Made by a program: the position numbers and the translations under genes. A stretch of 63,559 bases of DNA, filler included. It is 3 parts of 3 records of this genome, joined end to end, with 100 filler letters (N's around TTAATTAATTAA, not from the genome) between each part and the next. Parts side by side here need not be neighbours in the genome. Positions count along the whole stretch, not along the records: positions 41,192 to 63,559 come from SRR20825019_2171; 2 more parts are not named here. The stretch is one strand, 5' to 3'. Shown one piece after another: positions 60,081-63,559 of this stretch. Every line of letters starts with the position of its first letter. Within the stretch, counting starts at the first letter, position 1. The notes below the pieces were generated by a model. That model worked only from the letters and a program-made list of their open reading frames with translations, was not told the origin of the DNA and did no database searches.

Positions 60081-62454
60081 ATGGAGGGAGCGACAGAGAA
60101 TATATCCCAGGTGAGTGCGGTGGGCACAGGCCAGCTCAGAAAGGTGACGGTGTGTGTCAGTTATGGGCCACAGAGAGTGAGCAGTCAGCGTCCATCATGA
60201 GCGACCTCACCAAAACCGAGGTTAGTGACCGACACTTCCTCCATGCCACACACTCAACCGCGTAACAGATGGCAGTGGCGGAGATACTGGGACACATCGA
60301 CCAGCTCCAGACCAGCATCAAGCGGGGGGTGCCTGCGTGTAAGCAGGCTCTCAGCAACAGGGCCAACGAGGAGCAGGTAGTCACCACCCCCACTGAACAC
60401 GGCCCAGCGCCACACTGACGGACCGCCTGTCATCCCAGCGCGCACGGAGCCGCCAGATGGTGGAGATGAGTGCCAAGGACATCACGGCCAAGGCAATGCA
60501 GGAAAAGCTGGAGGTACGCGCGGAATCATGCCAGAGGACCTCAGAGCCTAGGGAGACATGCCTGACCGACGACGTGCTGTGGTGCAGGAGGCGGAGTCGG
60601 CGCTGCGGAGGGCCAATGATCACTGGGCCGGACGCCTCCGCGAAAACGAGGAACACATCGATGCCCTCAACAAGCAACTAACCAAGCAGGTATGTGACGA
60701 CAGAGATGCCGTGGTGTGGGTGCTGATAGCACCGCTGTGTCTTCAGAGGGAGGAGTATGATAGGTACAGGCAGGAAGACAGCCTTCACGCCGCGCAACAG
60801 CTTGGGCAGGTCGCGGAGAAGCACACTACCGAGATGGCGCGGATGGCTCGCGAGGTGGGGCCGGTGACGTCACGGGTTGCCCGGTGCGATTTGCTAAGTG
60901 GCACTTGTGTAGCTTGCAGAGGCCAAGGCAGCCAAGCTGGAGGGGGAGCAGGAACTTGCCAGGCAGCGAGATGTCGCGGCACAGATGGCCGAGCGCGCCA
61001 CGAGTGCGGAAGGAAGGGTCCAGGAGGTGGGCGCGACCGAGCGTGATTCTGACTTTCCCTGATTGTGGGACAGCTCGCCTCGCAGCTACAACGGCAAAGA
61101 GAGTCACTGTCCGCGGAGGCCCATGCTGAACGTGCCCGATCCAAGACTATGGAGGAATCCCACGCGGTATGCCCTCACAATCCGACTCGTGGGTGCGTGC
61201 CGGCGTGAATCTGACGGGTGTTGAATAGGCTGCTGCGGACCAACTGGAAAGAAAACGATCCGAGCTATCGCAAAAAGTGACTGAGAACGAGGCACTGAAG
61301 GAGCGGGTGATGGAGCTGGAGATGGAGGTGATTGCAAAGGATGATTTGCGACGGGAGCTCGGACGGATGCAGAAGAGCAAACTAGAGGAGCAAGATGTGG
61401 TGGCGCAGGCCGAATCCAAGGTGCGTAGACTCAGAATCCGCACTTCTTGCCAGAGCGAAATGCCGATACACTACTCGTGTAGATCGAGGGCTTGGAGCGA
61501 CGAGTGGAGGACCTTTCACATCAGTAAGACCCCGGTGCGTGGTGCAAGGTGGAGTGAAGTTTACCTTTTGTGCAGGTTGCAGGATCGGGACAGGGCCGTT
61601 AGGTCCTTGGAGCACAGCCTCGCTCATGAGAAAAGAGAAGTCATGAAATTGAGGGTAGGCGGGATGGTGGTTGCCGTGTCGTTTAAGTTGATTGGAGATA
61701 AAAGGCGGAACGCGATGCCGAGGCTGCGGAGAAGGTCAACTTGAGCAACGAGAAACACAAGTTGCTCCATCGTTTAGGACTACTCGGAAGCGAGGAGATG
61801 GAGATGATGAATGAGGCGATGGCCCTCCTCAAGGCGGAGTGCACCGTACTGGATAAGCCAGGGCTAGCAGTCATTGATAAGATTCTGAATTTGAGGTAAG
61901 CATGGGTGATGGGCGCGCAAGGGCCGGATTTACAATTTGTTACAATCAGGGAGGCGGCAAGGCAGAAGGGAGGAGACGAGACAGCTCAGTTCAAGCGGGC
62001 GCAGGTGGCTATTAAGCGAGAGATCGTCGGGATATGTGGGGAACAAGAGCCCGGGGAGATGTGGAACCTTCCGTTAGATGCCATCCAACTCATTCCAAGA
62101 CATGCCATGACCACGATGTTCAAGGCCATGCAGGACTTGGTGGTGATGTACGACTGCCTTAGCGAGCAGAGCAAGAACGAGGTAACAAATCCAACCCTAC
62201 ACCTGGTAGCGGAGAGAGGTCCTGACCGTAGCGTCTAATATACAGATTAGCAAGACCACACAGGAAATCGTGGTCAATTCACCGGTTCTCCTTAGCGTGT
62301 GCAGATACATCAAGGCTTCAAAGAAGGTAGGTGATACGGTTTGACCGTGAACATGGCAAAGTGATACTATCTAACCGCAATCGTGTGGCGTCAGACTGCG
62401 ACCCCTGCTTCGAAGACTAGTACCCCCACGCGCCCCCCGAGGTTTTCGGGATGA
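60081..62454 (+). CDS. Intron-rich coiled-coil protein of unknown function
   Basis: A series of short E/K/Q/R-rich exons separated by GT..AG introns of about 50 nt, from ATGGAGGGAGCG (60081) to TGA (62452-62454). Confidence 0.6.
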
Positions 62455-62558
62455 TGAGCATCATGCACAACGTAATAATGTGAATCAAAGCGCAGTGCAG
62501 GACGTCGTAATGCGTGCCTTGAAGAGACCTTAGCTTCGGCCAGTTGAGAGTCAAACGA

Positions 62559-63559
62559 TCAGCTAGAAAGAGATGATGTCTGTTTCTTATCGATCACCCT
62601 ACCGCGCGAGATGTCGAGGAGAAGGTGCATGCCGCAACGATCGAACAGTCCTAGATCCTCCGCCCTTATCTCGCGGTCGCCGAGCCAATAAACGAGGAGC
62701 ATATGGCGCGTCCGCGAGGTTTCGGTAATCATGATATATACCGTGGGCCGGGAGTGCACAGCCGTATGTGTAGATGGAGCATGCCCCGCACACTTGGAAT
62801 GATTAGGCCACCAGCTAATGTTGGGGCTTCACGAGGCGTGACTAGGAGCCAACCGAGTGAACTGCCCAATACACTATATTGTATTTTAGCCAGATGTGCT
62901 TAAATTTGAGGCCGTATTAGCGCTCCTCCGACTTTTTTTCTGTAGTTGCTACATTTCACATTACGATCCACACGAATATCCGATGGCAACAGTATCGTCC
63001 GTCGCACTGCAGTGCTCATATGAGAACGGCACGGGGGCTGAGTTTGGCAGTCAGCTAGCGCAATCGCCATATCATGGTGTAATGCATTGTGAAGCGCCAG
63101 TTGCTGGTGATTACCACAAGAAGACTACAATGCACTAGTGTCTTAGTACTAATTTTAGAAACAATCCTGCTTGACCAATTGCGTTCAAAGTTTATTACTA
63201 TGAATGGTGACTAACCCTCTCGTTTGGACAATGAGACCATCTCCCCATGATACTGATAGGCTCGTGTATATGTTGATTTTGTTGAGTTGTAGAATGAAGC
63301 CCGACTCCGAACGATGCATGTATGACTTCTGGTGTTGATCTAATCATGCGAACCCGACTTTCACATTTTACAATCAACCAGATAGCCGAATGTTGAACAC
63401 GAAACTTCAGCGATAGTGTTAGCTTCATCGCACAACCAATCCAGATCGACACCAGTAATAGTGCACAATTCGAAGCTGCCTTCATTGTTGGTCACCGCGG
63501 TGCAGAAGAGCGACCGGAGGATGCGGCTTCTGGACTTTGGAGAAAATTTACTCGGTTGG
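62559..63559 (-). CDS. Probable 3' portion of an uncharacterised intron-containing gene
   Basis: Several short minus-strand open frames converge on a stop at 62559-62561, about 100 bp from the neighbouring stop. No recognisable motif. Confidence 0.3.

Overview
The window is a concatenation of three contigs joined by N-gap/TTAATTAATTAA linkers (13423-13522, 41092-41191). Contig 1 (1-13422) is bacterial, probably Verrucomicrobiota/Opitutae (inference). It carries an IS5-family element inserted into the attC site of a lone integron-type gene cassette that encodes a secreted protein, with no integrase nearby. It then has a sulfatase, a GTAG-type REP doublet, smc, a TPR-like membrane protein, a GAF-fused PilB/GspE ATPase, yraN and a truncated zwf. 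Contigs 2 (13523-41091) and 3 (41192-63559) are from a compact-genome microbial eukaryote (or two related ones), with mostly 45-60 nt spliceosomal introns and very GC-rich islands that sit only at gene 5' ends. Contig 2 encodes an animal-type chitin synthase with a long charged tail, an EF-hand protein, a Rad6-like E2 with a GC-AG intron, a large IQ-motif protein, a single-domain CatSper/BacNav-like channel with a degenerate S4, a codanin-1 homologue and a myristoylated EF-hand/CAP/LIM fusion. Contig 3 encodes a proline-rich actin-regulator-like fragment, a K+-independent H+-PPase, an ankyrin protein, a plant-type CBL calcium sensor, a PTS2-targeted acyl-CoA oxidase, RRP45, an EML/EMAP-like WD40 protein, a DRAM/TMEM150-like protein and a coiled-coil protein. 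Exon boundaries were derived by hand and family assignments come from motif recognition, not database searches.
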